Source of the DNA: a bacterium
GTDB taxonomy: Bacteria > SAR324 > NAC60-12
DNA length: 17,222 nt
Assembly: GCA_965205865.1 (NCBI GenBank)
Contig: CBDBHR010000011.1
Span: forward strand, 1 to 17,222
Direction of reading: 5' to 3'
Part shown: positions 1-9,293 of the stretch, in pieces
How positions within the stretch are numbered: position 1 is the first letter of the stretch
Layout of the letters: each line of letters begins with the position of its first letter
The notes under the pieces: model-generated
Database searches by the model: none
What the model was told of the DNA's origin: nothing
Seen by the model: the letters and a program-made list of their open reading frames with translations, nothing else
Program-made: the position numbers and the translations under genes

Positions 1-1
1 C

Positions 2-2941
2 ACGGATATCCCTCTCCCAGAGCTAAAAGAGGGCGCGACGGCCCAAATTCTTGTATCGGCCAAACGAATTCGCAAAATACAAGATGATTTTGTTCATGTA
101 GAAATCAAATCTCGTTTCGATCCAGTGGACTTGGCTCGATTCAGCGCGTTCATTCCTCCCGTTGATAATCTTTCGAAAATCAAAGGAAACGTAAGTGGAA
201 AAGCGCGCGTGGTTTTTATTTCCGGCGATCGAGTGGAGTGGGATGTGGCTCTGGAAGCCCAAGATTTTGGCGCGAGCGTGAGGATGGAGCAGAAAAAACG
301 ATGGGAAGTCCTCGAATTAGGGAGAGCTATTCTTCATTCGAGAGGAAACTTCGACATGAAGAATGAATCCGCGCGTATAAACGCCCTGAAAATCAAGTTG
401 CCATTTGCCACGGCGAAACTCGAAAGGCCCGCGAAATGGAATGTAAATGGCAATGATGAAGCCGCATTTTCTCTTGATGTGAATGATTTTTCTTCTGCAA
501 CTGATTTGCTGGAGCGGCTCGGGTTCGTATCGCACGGAGACGTTTCCATGAATGCGAAAATCCTTTTTAATGCCACAGTGTCGCGAAACCGGAAAACCTC
601 CCCGGCCTTCAGGATAGATACGAAAGCGCATTTCGACTCTTTGCCGATTGCGCCAATTGTGGATTTGCTCCCCTTGCCTGGTTATGTGCAAACAGTCACT
701 GGCCGGGTAAGCGGCAAATTGCAGGTGTCTTCAGCCCCGAATGGGGTTGTTAGGTGGAATGCGGATATTGCGGGAAAGAAAGTCAATCTAGGGATCAAGG
801 CCATTTCAAATGAAAAGTGGCGTGAAATTTCCTTGGAATCTATGGGACTTCAATCGAACGGTTTCTATCTCGCCTCGAAAGGTTCTTCGGAAATACAAAC
901 ATTAAACTTGAGGCTTCCTTTTGCGAGGGCATATCTGAATCGCACGGCTTTATGGAATCAAATAGGTAAGGATGAATTTTCGTTGACGCTTGAGGTAATG
1001 GACTTGAGTGTTGCCGAAGTCTGGCTAGGTAGATTGATGGAGCATTCTATTAAGTGGGGACCAAAGAAGAAAAAACTAAAAATTTTACTCTCCGGGACGA
1101 GAAATAGAAGAGATGAACTTGGTTTTACTTATAAGGGGTCTGCGGTCTTTGATCCTGTGCATATATCTCCTTGGGTGAAATTTCTGAATATTTCTCCTGC
1201 TTTTCGTAATTTAGCCGGAGAGATCGCCGGAAAAATAGAGTTCCTATACATGCCGGGGAAAAAGATAGGCTGGGTTCTCAATATCACGAGTGAAGATTTG
1301 GGCGGAGAATTCCTTGCTCTGATGAGTCAAAAATGGAGGCCGATGCGTACGGGCAAGTTCCGCATTGAAACCGTGGGTTCGTATGACTTGCAAAATCAAT
1401 CTGGAAGGTTGCGAAGTCTGAAGCTAAACATGGCATTTGGGCATATTCTAATACCGAGGTCTGTTGATTGGAATGTGAACGGAATGGATTCGATCAGATT
1501 CCAATGGACGGTATCGAGTCTTGAAGATGCGGCTCGATTGGCTAGAAGTATTTTGGGAGACCCGGCATCGAAGTTCTTAGTGGCTGGCGGCGCCGATGGT
1601 TTGGTGGAAATTTCGAGAAGCAGAAAGAAAACGCATTCGATTTCCACCAAATGGTCGTTCGCGGCGAATCTGTCAGCGCTCGCTCATGTTGCTTACCCGA
1701 ATTTGAATTTAACGGGAAGTGTTTTGGGGCAAGGGGATGACGATGCGATTAACATTAGGATTCCGACGCTGAAGACAATCAATTTTAGCAAACCGAATTC
1801 AGAGCCTGACGTTATTCTTCGAGATTTAAGCGCATCGCTGAATCGCTCGTCAATCTTGCGGGGAGAGATACGCTCGCCGAGCGTTCGGATTAATAAGTTG
1901 AACGTTCGATATGTGCGTCATGAAAAGGGAAAAACGAATTTTGGATCTTTGTTCAAGGCGGCGAAGGCAGAGGAGAAACAGACCTGGCGAATGAGAAGCC
2001 GAGATAAAACGGCGCCGACAGATACAAGGACAACATCCAGGAAACCTCGAATGGCCGGAAAAAAGGATAATGGACATCTTTTCCCGGCGATCAAAATCGC
2101 GAAATTCGAAGTGGCTAGATTGGGATTTCATTTTCAAGATTTTATTGCGGCAAATAAACCTCCGGTTGTTTTGAAGGTTCCGGACGCCAGGCTTTCGATA
2201 ACGAATTTAGATACGCTTATGGCTCCAAACCTACGGGAAACGCGCTTGGAGTTCAGGACGCTCGGAGAATCTCCCTCGCTCCTGGCAAAGGCGAACTTGA
2301 ACCCCGGCTTGGCGCCTCCGGATGTAGATGGGTTTTTCAATCTCTCGCGTTTTGACCTGCGCAAAATATCTCCTTATGTCCGCGATATCCAGGGAGAGAG
2401 TGCAAGCGCTTTGTTAATGCGAGGAACCGAGATCAAAAAGGGTATGCTGGATTTCAAATCCACTTATTCATTGAGAAAGAGCCAGTTGGAATTGGAGGGG
2501 AAGGCGAAGATCGCCGGATTGCGCTTGGAGCCGGACGAGACGTTTCCTCTGGCCGATCTTGTGGTGAAATTGCTCCGGGCGTCAGTGTTCCGTCTTTTCG
2601 AGAGACCGGACGATACCATTTCACTGAACCTTCGTGTATCGGGGCGTTTGGATGACCCTGAGTTTCATTTTCTGGATGCTATTGTGGAACCGATGTTTGT
2701 AGGCTTGTTTGAGCAGGCGCAGAACTTGGGAGGCAATTTGAAGGATATCGTAACAGGTATTCTCGGCACCGCCATTGAGGGGGTGCAAAAAATAGTGCCG
2801 GCGCCGAAGAGCAGTGGAGCGCCACCTGTCGAAGGTACTAGGAAAGAACCTGATGGAAAAGGAAACCAACTTGAGCAGTTAGGGAAAAAACTCGAAAAAA
2901 CTTTGCAAAAAGGACTCCGTGGTTTGTTTGGCGTCAAGTAA
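2..2941 (+). CDS. Large AsmA-like / DUF748-domain envelope protein, 5'-truncated by the window, with 172-aa internal repeats
   Basis: The frame is open from position 2 (TDIPLPELKEG...RFDPVD), so the GTG at 125 is probably internal. The sequence is rich in amphipathic beta-strand patterns. The C-terminal region resembles DUF748 proteins (FDLRKISPYV...IKKGMLDF...TISLNLRVSGRLDDPEF) and ends in an amphipathic helix (LGKKLEKTLQKGLRGLFGVK) as AsmA-like proteins often do. Stop TAA at 2939-2941. Confidence 0.75.
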   Translation, partial: TDIPLPELKEGATAQILVSAKRIRKIQDDFVHVEIKSRFDPVDLARFSAFIPPVDNLSKIKGNVSGKARVVFISGDRVEWDVALEAQDFGASVRMEQKKRWEVLELGRAILHSRGNFDMKNESARINALKIKLPFATAKLERPAKWNVNGNDEAAFSLDVNDFSSATDLLERLGFVSHGDVSMNAKILFNATVSRNRKTSPAFRIDTKAHFDSLPIAPIVDLLPLPGYVQTVTGRVSGKLQVSSAPNGVVRWNADIAGKKVNLGIKAISNEKWREISLESMGLQSNGFYLASKGSSEIQTLNLRLPFARAYLNRTALWNQIGKDEFSLTLEVMDLSVAEVWLGRLMEHSIKWGPKKKKLKILLSGTRNRRDELGFTYKGSAVFDPVHISPWVKFLNISPAFRNLAGEIAGKIEFLYMPGKKIGWVLNITSEDLGGEFLALMSQKWRPMRTGKFRIETVGSYDLQNQSGRLRSLKLNMAFGHILIPRSVDWNVNGMDSIRFQWTVSSLEDAARLARSILGDPASKFLVAGGADGLVEISRSRKKTHSISTKWSFAANLSALAHVAYPNLNLTGSVLGQGDDDAINIRIPTLKTINFSKPNSEPDVILRDLSASLNRSSILRGEIRSPSVRINKLNVRYVRHEKGKTNFGSLFKAAKAEEKQTWRMRSRDKTAPTDTRTTSRKPRMAGKKDNGHLFPAIKIAKFEVARLGFHFQDFIAANKPPVVLKVPDARLSITNLDTLMAPNLRETRLEFRTLGESPSLLAKANLNPGLAPPDVDGFFNLSRFDLRKISPYVRDIQGESASALLMRGTEIKKGMLDFKSTYSLRKSQLELEGKAKIAGLRLEPDETFPLADLVVKLLRASVFRLFERPDDTISLNLRVSGRLDDPEFHFLDAIVEPMFVGLFEQAQNLGGNLKDIVTGILGTAIEGVQKIVPAPKSSGAPPVEGTRKEPDGKGNQLEQLGKKLEKTLQKGLRGLFGVK
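116..1663 (+). repeat. Three tandem protein-level repeats of 172 aa (516 nt) within the DUF748-like CDS
   Basis: FD(P/S) starts at 116, 632 and 1148. The Trp codons of WNVNGND / WNQIGKD / WNVNGMD are at 437, 953 and 1469. Both series are spaced exactly 516 nt. Other shared motifs: G-x-(V/I)-(S/A)-G-K, W in KRW/EKW/QKW, and LKIKLPF/LNLRLPF/LKLNMAF. Confidence 0.85.
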
Positions 2942-2963
2942 TCTAGATGAGGAGAACCTCCCT

Positions 2964-3838
2964 TTTACACAGGGTGTCCTGATAGTAAGTCCCTACCATC
3001 AGAAATACACTGAAGAATTGAATCGGCAAGTACCATGTATTTTCGTTGTTGGGTGCGGTGGTATGGAATGTGCGCCTTCGGATTTATCGCCATTTGATAC
3101 TGTCCTTAGCTGGAAGATGGACAATGCGTTTTTGGAGCGTTGGCATACACTCAAGTGGATACAAATGGTATCTACGCTAATCCCATTGCCAGCTATGTCA
3201 TGATGATGATGACCGCTTTGTCGATGGGTTTGAATCATATGATTGTCAATCAAAGGGAAAAAAGATGGAAGCAATGGGGCTGGCGAGATTTGGAGGGAAA
3301 AACGCTATGTCAAATTGGGATGGGGGCAATTGGGGTCGAAGTAAAGCGCCGGTCCAAACGCTCTGGAATGCGTGTGCTGGGTGTGAGCCGTTCAAACAAG
3401 GTAAGTGTTGTTGATTTGGATTCCCACTTCACTATAGATAGACTGAAGGATGCTCTTCGATATGCTGATTACATTGTTGTCGCCATCCCATATACCGCAG
3501 AAACGAAATACTTGATAGATGAGAATGTAATAGCTGCTATGAAGCCAGGCGCTTATTTTGTCAACGTGGCGCGGGGTGAGGTTATAGTCGAGGACGATTT
3601 GATTCGCGCATTAAGCAACGGTCATTTGGCAGGGGCTGCGTTGGATGTTTTTTCGCAATAACCTTTGCCTGATGACAGTCGGTTATGACAGGCGAAAAAC
3701 ATCAATACCACTCCTCACATTGCAGGCTTGATTCGAGACTATATCCCAAGGGTATGTCGTATTTTTGTCGAAAATTATGAAAATCGCATCAACGGACTTC
3801 CGCTGAAAAATGTGATAGACAAAGAACTCGGTTACTAA
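2964..3838 (+). pseudogene. D-isomer-specific 2-hydroxyacid dehydrogenase pseudogene (frameshift/deletion plus two nonsense codons)
   Basis: The N-terminal part (...LKWIQ, to 3164) is in one frame and GIYANPIASYV (from 3167) is in another. Motifs present: Rossmann GMGAIG, NVARG and AALDVF. TAA at 3659-3661 replaces the conserved Glu of DVFxxEP, and TGA at 3686-3688 replaces the Trp of LW. The frame continues through TPHIAG...LKNVIDKELGY to TAA at 3836-3838. An SD-like GAGGAG lies at 2949-2954 with no intact start codon, so the start coordinate is approximate. Confidence 0.88.
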
Positions 3839-3873
3839 TTTCTGCACCTCGACTCATTAACTTAAGACTTTTC

Positions 3874-3902
3874 TTGCATTTCCCACTTAAATTTGATAAC
3901 GT
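3874..3902 (+). promoter_or_regulatory. Putative sigma70 promoter for ftsK
   Basis: TTGCAT (3874-3879), 17 nt, TAACGT (3897-3902), preceded by an extended -10 TG at 3894-3895. Confidence 0.5.
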
Positions 3903-3972
3903 TTCGAGGTTTTCCTCTGCCCGAGGACGCATATCCCATTCTATGTGTGGGTGGGATCATAGGATTCCATGT

Positions 3973-6957
3973 ATGCCTACTCGTCGCTCGGGTATCCAGG
4001 CCAAGCCATCCCCGTTTTCCCAAAGAACCAATGAGATCGTAGGTTTGTCCTTGGTTGGTTTCGCGGTTTTTCTGGCGATATCGCTGTGGACTTTTGATTC
4101 TGGCGATCCGTCTTGGGGTTCACATGTCAATCAAAAATGGCGGATTCATAATTATGGGGGAGCCGTAGGCGCATATGTCGCCGGCGTAATGGTCCAAGTG
4201 GTCGGCGCATTCTCTATTTTTATGCCCATCGGATTCATTGTTTGGGGGGTAACCGCATTTGCAGGTTTGCGATCATGGCGGCCGGGCTGGCGTGAACTGG
4301 TTGGTTTGTTCTTTCTTTTGAGCGCCTCGGGGTTATTTTTCAAGGCATTTGAAGTTGATCCTCTTTTTGGAGCGACGACGTTAGCCGGTGGAATTGTCGG
4401 CTATAGTGTCGTGATGTTGTTGGACGCCTATTTAGGCAGTGCGGGCAGTTGGGTTTTGCTTGGTTCCGTATTTCTGGCCTCGTTTGTCGGCATGACTGGT
4501 TTTTCCTTCAAAAAAATGATTTCAGGATTGGCGATTGCGCATTGGTGGTTTTTATCGCGCATTTTTACGGTTTTCAAAAGGGTGGTGCTCGCAACGGCCG
4601 TGGGTGCTGTATTCGCGACCCGAAAACTGTTTTCTGCAGTCTTAGGTTTCCCTGCATCTCTACATGCCAATGAATCATATGCCGGATATGCCGAGCCGAT
4701 AGCCGATGGTGAGGGCGCAGAGACGAGATATTTCGAGCAGGATAGCTCAGATGGCAAGGAACCGCGGCTAAACCCTTCGAAAAAAGATATGGGCGAATTG
4801 ATTTTGGAACCGAATAGGCCTTACTCGTCAAATCAAAAAAATGGCAGGCGTGTTTTTCGATTATCGCCGCAAAATGGCCCTTCGCTGTTTGGAGGAGAGA
4901 AATTTCCAGAGTTGGAGTTGCCTGCGCTACGCGGCCCGGCGGCCAGCGAGGAGGAATTGGAACTCACTGAAAATACGAAGAGTTTTTTTCATGAAACAAT
5001 GCCCGGTTCGCTAGCGGAAACACTTCTCCACAGTGATGATGATTTCCTCCCAGCGGCTGGCGATGGAGCGCGTAATGGCTTGCTTCCGAATGTGACGGAC
5101 GAGCAGCCGCCAAAGGCAGGTGAGGAAATCGATGATGAAGTAAAACAGGTGAAAGCTGAGAGAAAATCAGTGACCGGAGGTCTGCGGATTAAGCGGAGAA
5201 AAAATCTTGATGGCGATAGCGACATATCGCCCGCAACGTTGGCAGAGGTACTCGATTGCGGGGAATTACCTGAAGCGCTTCCCGATGTACCTTCAACTAA
5301 TGTTGAAGACTCACCAGAAAGCGGAGAATCGCAAGCGGATGTAAAAGTCCGATACGCCGGAACTGTCGGTGAGTCGGATGCCGTCCAAATTCAGGACCAT
5401 TCTCTGGTCCGCTCCAATGCGCAGACGGAAAATCGGCGGAAGGAGCAACGAAGCTCCGAAACGAAGAGAGAGTACGTTCTTCCCTCGTTGGATATTTTTG
5501 CGGAACCGTCCTCCGGCGGACTGATCGTGGACGAAGCGGACATACGCGAAAAATCCTTGCTCCTTGAACAAACGCTGAAAGAATTCGGCGTCGTCGGAAA
5601 AGTCAGGGAGGTAAAAACAGGTCCGGTCATTACGAGTTTCGAGTATGACCCTGCGCCGGGAATCAAGGTTTCTAAAATAGCCGGTCTTGCAGATGATCTC
5701 GCCCGGGCCTTGTCCGCGTTGAGTGTCCGCATCGTCGCCCCGATACCTGGAAAATCGGTTGTAGGCATCGAGGTTCCCAACATCAAGCGTGACGCCGTAT
5801 TTGCGAAGGAAGTGCTCTCCTCAAGGGAATTCAGACAGGCCGAAGATAAACTCACGATGGGCTTGGGTAAAGACATTTTAGGAAGAACGGCGTTTACCGA
5901 TTTGGCTAAAATTCCACATCTATTAATTGCGGGTACGACCGGCGCAGGGAAAAGCGTTGCTCTGAACATGATGATTTGTAGTCTTTTGACTAGGTGTACG
6001 CCAAGAGAGGTTCGTTTTTTGATGATCGACCCCAAAATGCTGGAGTTGTCGATATATGAAGGCATCCCTCATCAACTCGTGCCTGTGGTGACAGATCCCA
6101 AGAAAGCCTCGGCAGGCCTAAGGGGTGTTCTGGCGGAGATGGAACGACGCTATAAGATAATGAGTGAGGCAGGGGTGAGGAACATCCAGAGCTACAATGA
6201 CTCCGTGGTGCAGCAATTGGGTGAGAGAGAGGCGAATAGAAGGTGTAAGGAACCTCTGTCCGAAAACGATTCCTCCCTTGATTTTCTTCCTTATATCGTT
6301 GTGGTGATTGATGAATTGGCGGATCTGATGATGGTCGCGCCACGTGAGGTGGAAGAATCGATGACGCGCTTGGCCCAGATGGCTCGCGCTTCTGGAATCC
6401 ATTTGCTAGTAGCGACCCAACGTCCTTCTGTGGATGTTCTCACGGGTCTCATCAAAGCGAATTTCCCGTCCAGAATGGCTCTACGAGTCGCTACGCGTAC
6501 AGACTCACGAACGATCTTGGATTCGAATGGGGCGGAACGCTTATTGGGGAAAGGGGATATGCTCTTCGTGCCGCCCGGGTCTAGTATTCCGGTTCGTATT
6601 CATGGGGCGTATGTTTCAGATAGTGAGATTTCTCAATTAGTTGCACACTGGAAATCCCAAGGAGAAGCAATATTCAGGGAGGATTGGTTCGTAGAAGATG
6701 AGAGTACATCTCAAAATGAATCAAATAGCGATGAAGAATATGATGAGAGGTATGATGATGCGATTGCACTCGTATCTAGGACACGTGAAGCATCTATTTC
6801 TCTTATTCAGAGACATTTGAGGATTGGGTATAATAGGGCGGCGCGCATGATTGAACGTATGGAGCAAGAGGGGATCATCGGCCCGGCGGATGGGGTGAAG
6901 AGAAGACAAGTCTTAGTGAGTGAAATTCCAGATGAAGGGTCGGTAGAGACGTCTTGA
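3973..6957 (+). CDS. ftsK: DNA translocase FtsK (N-terminal TM domain, long acidic linker, motor and gamma domains)
   Basis: N-terminal TM segments with DPSW...NYGGAVGAYVA; GPVITSFE, PGKSVVGIEVPN; Walker A AGTTGAGKS; IDPKMLEL; Walker B VVVIDELADLM; ATQRPSVDV; GAERLLGKGDML; gamma domain ASISLIQRHLRIGYNRAARMIE. Start placed at ATG 3973 (TAGGA at 3960-3964) because the TTG at 3874 coincides with the -35 box. Confidence 0.97.
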   Translation: MPTRRSGIQAKPSPFSQRTNEIVGLSLVGFAVFLAISLWTFDSGDPSWGSHVNQKWRIHNYGGAVGAYVAGVMVQVVGAFSIFMPIGFIVWGVTAFAGLRSWRPGWRELVGLFFLLSASGLFFKAFEVDPLFGATTLAGGIVGYSVVMLLDAYLGSAGSWVLLGSVFLASFVGMTGFSFKKMISGLAIAHWWFLSRIFTVFKRVVLATAVGAVFATRKLFSAVLGFPASLHANESYAGYAEPIADGEGAETRYFEQDSSDGKEPRLNPSKKDMGELILEPNRPYSSNQKNGRRVFRLSPQNGPSLFGGEKFPELELPALRGPAASEEELELTENTKSFFHETMPGSLAETLLHSDDDFLPAAGDGARNGLLPNVTDEQPPKAGEEIDDEVKQVKAERKSVTGGLRIKRRKNLDGDSDISPATLAEVLDCGELPEALPDVPSTNVEDSPESGESQADVKVRYAGTVGESDAVQIQDHSLVRSNAQTENRRKEQRSSETKREYVLPSLDIFAEPSSGGLIVDEADIREKSLLLEQTLKEFGVVGKVREVKTGPVITSFEYDPAPGIKVSKIAGLADDLARALSALSVRIVAPIPGKSVVGIEVPNIKRDAVFAKEVLSSREFRQAEDKLTMGLGKDILGRTAFTDLAKIPHLLIAGTTGAGKSVALNMMICSLLTRCTPREVRFLMIDPKMLELSIYEGIPHQLVPVVTDPKKASAGLRGVLAEMERRYKIMSEAGVRNIQSYNDSVVQQLGEREANRRCKEPLSENDSSLDFLPYIVVVIDELADLMMVAPREVEESMTRLAQMARASGIHLLVATQRPSVDVLTGLIKANFPSRMALRVATRTDSRTILDSNGAERLLGKGDMLFVPPGSSIPVRIHGAYVSDSEISQLVAHWKSQGEAIFREDWFVEDESTSQNESNSDEEYDERYDDAIALVSRTREASISLIQRHLRIGYNRAARMIERMEQEGIIGPADGVKRRQVLVSEIPDEGSVETS

Positions 6958-7227
6958 ATTTTTGATATACCCCTTTTTGTTCGTTATCTTTTCCTTAAAG
7001 ACATGGTAAGGCGATGTAGGTTTTGGAATCAGAGAAAATCCGGTTATGCAGTTGGAAAAGTGGAGTTGACGCCTATCAGTCTATGAGGAATGATGCTCCA
7101 CGTTCACTGGTTGAAAAGATGTCAAGTTTATCTGTGATTAAGATTGTTGACATGGTTTTTCTAGAAACTTATTGATTGCTTGAGTGATTTTTTTGGCCCG
7201 GTAGATTCTGATCCTGGAGGAAATGAA

Positions 7228-7569
7228 ATGGCGGAAGGTGTTTTCGAGTTTACGGACCAGAATTTCGAGACGGACGTGATCGGATCAGATACGCCCACAT
7301 TAGTCGATTTTTGGGCGGAATGGTGTGCTCCTTGCAAAATGATTGCGCCTACGGTTGAAGCGCTTGCCCAAGAATACGCAGGAAAAGTTCGCATCGGGAA
7401 GTTGAATATTGATGAAAATCCATCTGTTCCGACGAGATTCGGAATCCGCGGCATTCCAACCTTGATGTTGTTTAAGGGGGGTGAGGTTGTAGAGCAGGTC
7501 GTAGGAGTGAAATCCAAAGCCGATTTGAAGGCCGCCATTGATCGTGCCCTTCAGGTCTCTCACCTATAG
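7228..7569 (+). CDS. trxA: Thioredoxin
   Basis: LVDFWAEWCAPCKMIAP active site and GIRGIPTL cis-Pro motif; SD GGAGG at 7216-7220 ahead of ATG 7228. Confidence 0.96.
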   Translation: MAEGVFEFTDQNFETDVIGSDTPTLVDFWAEWCAPCKMIAPTVEALAQEYAGKVRIGKLNIDENPSVPTRFGIRGIPTLMLFKGGEVVEQVVGVKSKADLKAAIDRALQVSHL

Positions 7570-7598
7570 CTAGCCGACAACTTAGGGAAACTCTCTTC

Positions 7599-8381
7599 TT
7601 GTCTTGGTTACGTCCTGGTACTCTAAGTTTATCCGATTATAGAATTGCTTATTGCGAGGCTGGTCCCCAGGATTCAGGCAGTGTTGTCGTGTGCATTCAT
7701 GGTGCGGGGGGGGATCGGGATAGCTGGATTCGCTTAATGCACAATTTAGCAGGACGGGGTGTGGGTTGCTTTGCCCTAGAATTGCCCGGTCATGGCGAGT
7801 CTGATGTAGCCCAAATCTCGGATGTCAAAGAATACAGTCGAGTTGTTCTTGAATTCCTGGAAGCTAAGAAATTGAAGTCAGTTTATCTAGCTGGCCATTC
7901 CATGGGTGGTGCAGTAGTTCTGGCAAGTGTTATGTCGAAAGCTGAATTATTGAGAGGTGTCATTCTTATTGGCTCAGGCGCGAAACTTAGAGTGAAGGAT
8001 TCAATTTTAGGGGGTGTCAAAAGTGATTTTGAAGCAACTGTGGATGAAATTATTGGCTATGCTTTTTCCCCGACAGCTGACCCATCTCTTATCCGGGAGA
8101 GCACTCGAAGTTTGTCAAAATGTCACGCGGGTACACTCCACGGTGATTTTATTGCGTGCGATCGGTTTGACGTTCTCTCCGAATTGGAATCTATTACTAC
8201 GCCCACTTTGATCTTATGTGGAGAAGATGATCTTTTAACCCCTCCGAAATATTCGCAGTTTATGTCTGATAGGATTCCAAATGCGAAATTATCCATTGTG
8301 CCGCAATCTGGACACATGGTGATGCTGGAGCAACCAGGGATAGTCGGGGATTTGATCTCGCAGTTCATGAATGATTTTTAG
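7599..8381 (+). CDS. Alpha/beta-fold hydrolase
   Basis: Oxyanion loop HGAGG, ELPGHG, nucleophile elbow GHSMGG, acid in GEDDLLTP, His in SGHMV. TTG start is uncertain. Confidence 0.92.
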   Translation: MSWLRPGTLSLSDYRIAYCEAGPQDSGSVVVCIHGAGGDRDSWIRLMHNLAGRGVGCFALELPGHGESDVAQISDVKEYSRVVLEFLEAKKLKSVYLAGHSMGGAVVLASVMSKAELLRGVILIGSGAKLRVKDSILGGVKSDFEATVDEIIGYAFSPTADPSLIRESTRSLSKCHAGTLHGDFIACDRFDVLSELESITTPTLILCGEDDLLTPPKYSQFMSDRIPNAKLSIVPQSGHMVMLEQPGIVGDLISQFMNDF

Positions 8382-8432
8382 GAATCTTCCAAATCCAAAG
8401 TATCACTTTATCGATGTCTGGTTTTTAGAAGC

Positions 8433-9293
8433 ATGAAAATTCCCGTGTATTTCTATTTGTTCGTCGGGGTCATCGCCCTTGGCTTTTCCGCTATTCTAAT
8501 AAGATTGGCGGATGCCGAACCTTTGGCGATAGCGGCATATCGCATGGGAGGCGGAGCATTATTGTTGTTGCCGTTTACAATAAAGAACGTCATGAATTTA
8601 TGGGGCACTTTGTCTCGTAAAGAGAAGATCATTTGGGTGGGATCCGGTATTTTTTTGGCGTTTCATTTTGCGTTTTGGATAGAGTCGCTTTCACATACGT
8701 CTGTGGCAAGTTCCGTTGTGCTTGCTACGACCAACCCCATATTTGCAGGCATTGGCGGAATCGTTCTTTTAGGAGAAAAGGAGGGGCGGAATTTTTGGCT
8801 CGGCGTAGTGATGGTGATTGGGGGCAGTGCAACTCTGGCATATTCTGACTTTGTAGGCTGGGGAGGTAGCTTCTGGGGAAATTCTCTCGCGTTGTCTGCG
8901 GCCGTGATGGCTTCTGCCTATATGCTATGTGGCCGAAAACTGAGAATAAAAATTCCCGTGGCGACATATGTGACGGGGTGTTATGGATTCAGTGGGATTT
9001 TGCTTTTCGGTGCTGCCTTAATTCTGGAACAACCTCTCAGCGGATATTCCAGCAATACTTGGTTTCTCTTATTCGCCATGATACTTGGCCCGACATTGAT
9101 CGGGCATACCTCTATCAACTATGCGTTGGGACATTTACACCCGGGAAAAGTGGCGCTTGCAGTTGTGGGAGAGCCATTAGTAGCTACAGGATTGGCTTGG
9201 TGGTTGCTTCATGAAATTCCTGCATCCAGTCGGCTTTTCGCTTGTTCTATCATATTGATGGGTATCGTATTGGGAGGAAGATCGAAGAGTTAA
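8433..9293 (+). CDS. EamA/DMT-family transporter
   Basis: 286 aa with about 10 hydrophobic segments in two repeats; motifs FLAFHFAFWIESL, TSVASSVVL...PIF, LGEK, PTLIGH...NYAL, EP(L)VAT. Confidence 0.92.
   Translation: MKIPVYFYLFVGVIALGFSAILIRLADAEPLAIAAYRMGGGALLLLPFTIKNVMNLWGTLSRKEKIIWVGSGIFLAFHFAFWIESLSHTSVASSVVLATTNPIFAGIGGIVLLGEKEGRNFWLGVVMVIGGSATLAYSDFVGWGGSFWGNSLALSAAVMASAYMLCGRKLRIKIPVATYVTGCYGFSGILLFGAALILEQPLSGYSSNTWFLLFAMILGPTLIGHTSINYALGHLHPGKVALAVVGEPLVATGLAWWLLHEIPASSRLFACSIILMGIVLGGRSKS

Noticed and set aside
3140..3203. Programmed ribosomal frameshift joining ORFs 2919-3203 and 3140-3661
   Set aside because: No slippery heptamer is present, a conserved segment is missing at the junction, and downstream nonsense codons would inactivate the product anyway.
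3686..3688. In-frame TGA as selenocysteine or recoded Trp (alternative genetic code)
   Set aside because: It sits at a Trp position of a gene that also has a TAA and a frameshift. ftsK and the phosphoesterase end normally at TGA, and Trp is encoded TGG elsewhere.
3874..3972. 33-aa N-terminal extension of FtsK from TTG 3874, and 16-aa extension of TrxA from 7180
   Set aside because: The upstream starts lack SD sequences (3874 overlaps a -35 box), while the downstream ATGs at 3973 and 7228 have SD-like motifs and give family-typical N-termini.
5391..6065. 224-aa antisense ORF, plus similar ORFs at 7161-7538, 10733-11128, 12575-12886 and 14652-15047
   Set aside because: These are shadow ORFs opposite well-conserved genes, with no recognisable motifs or translation signals.
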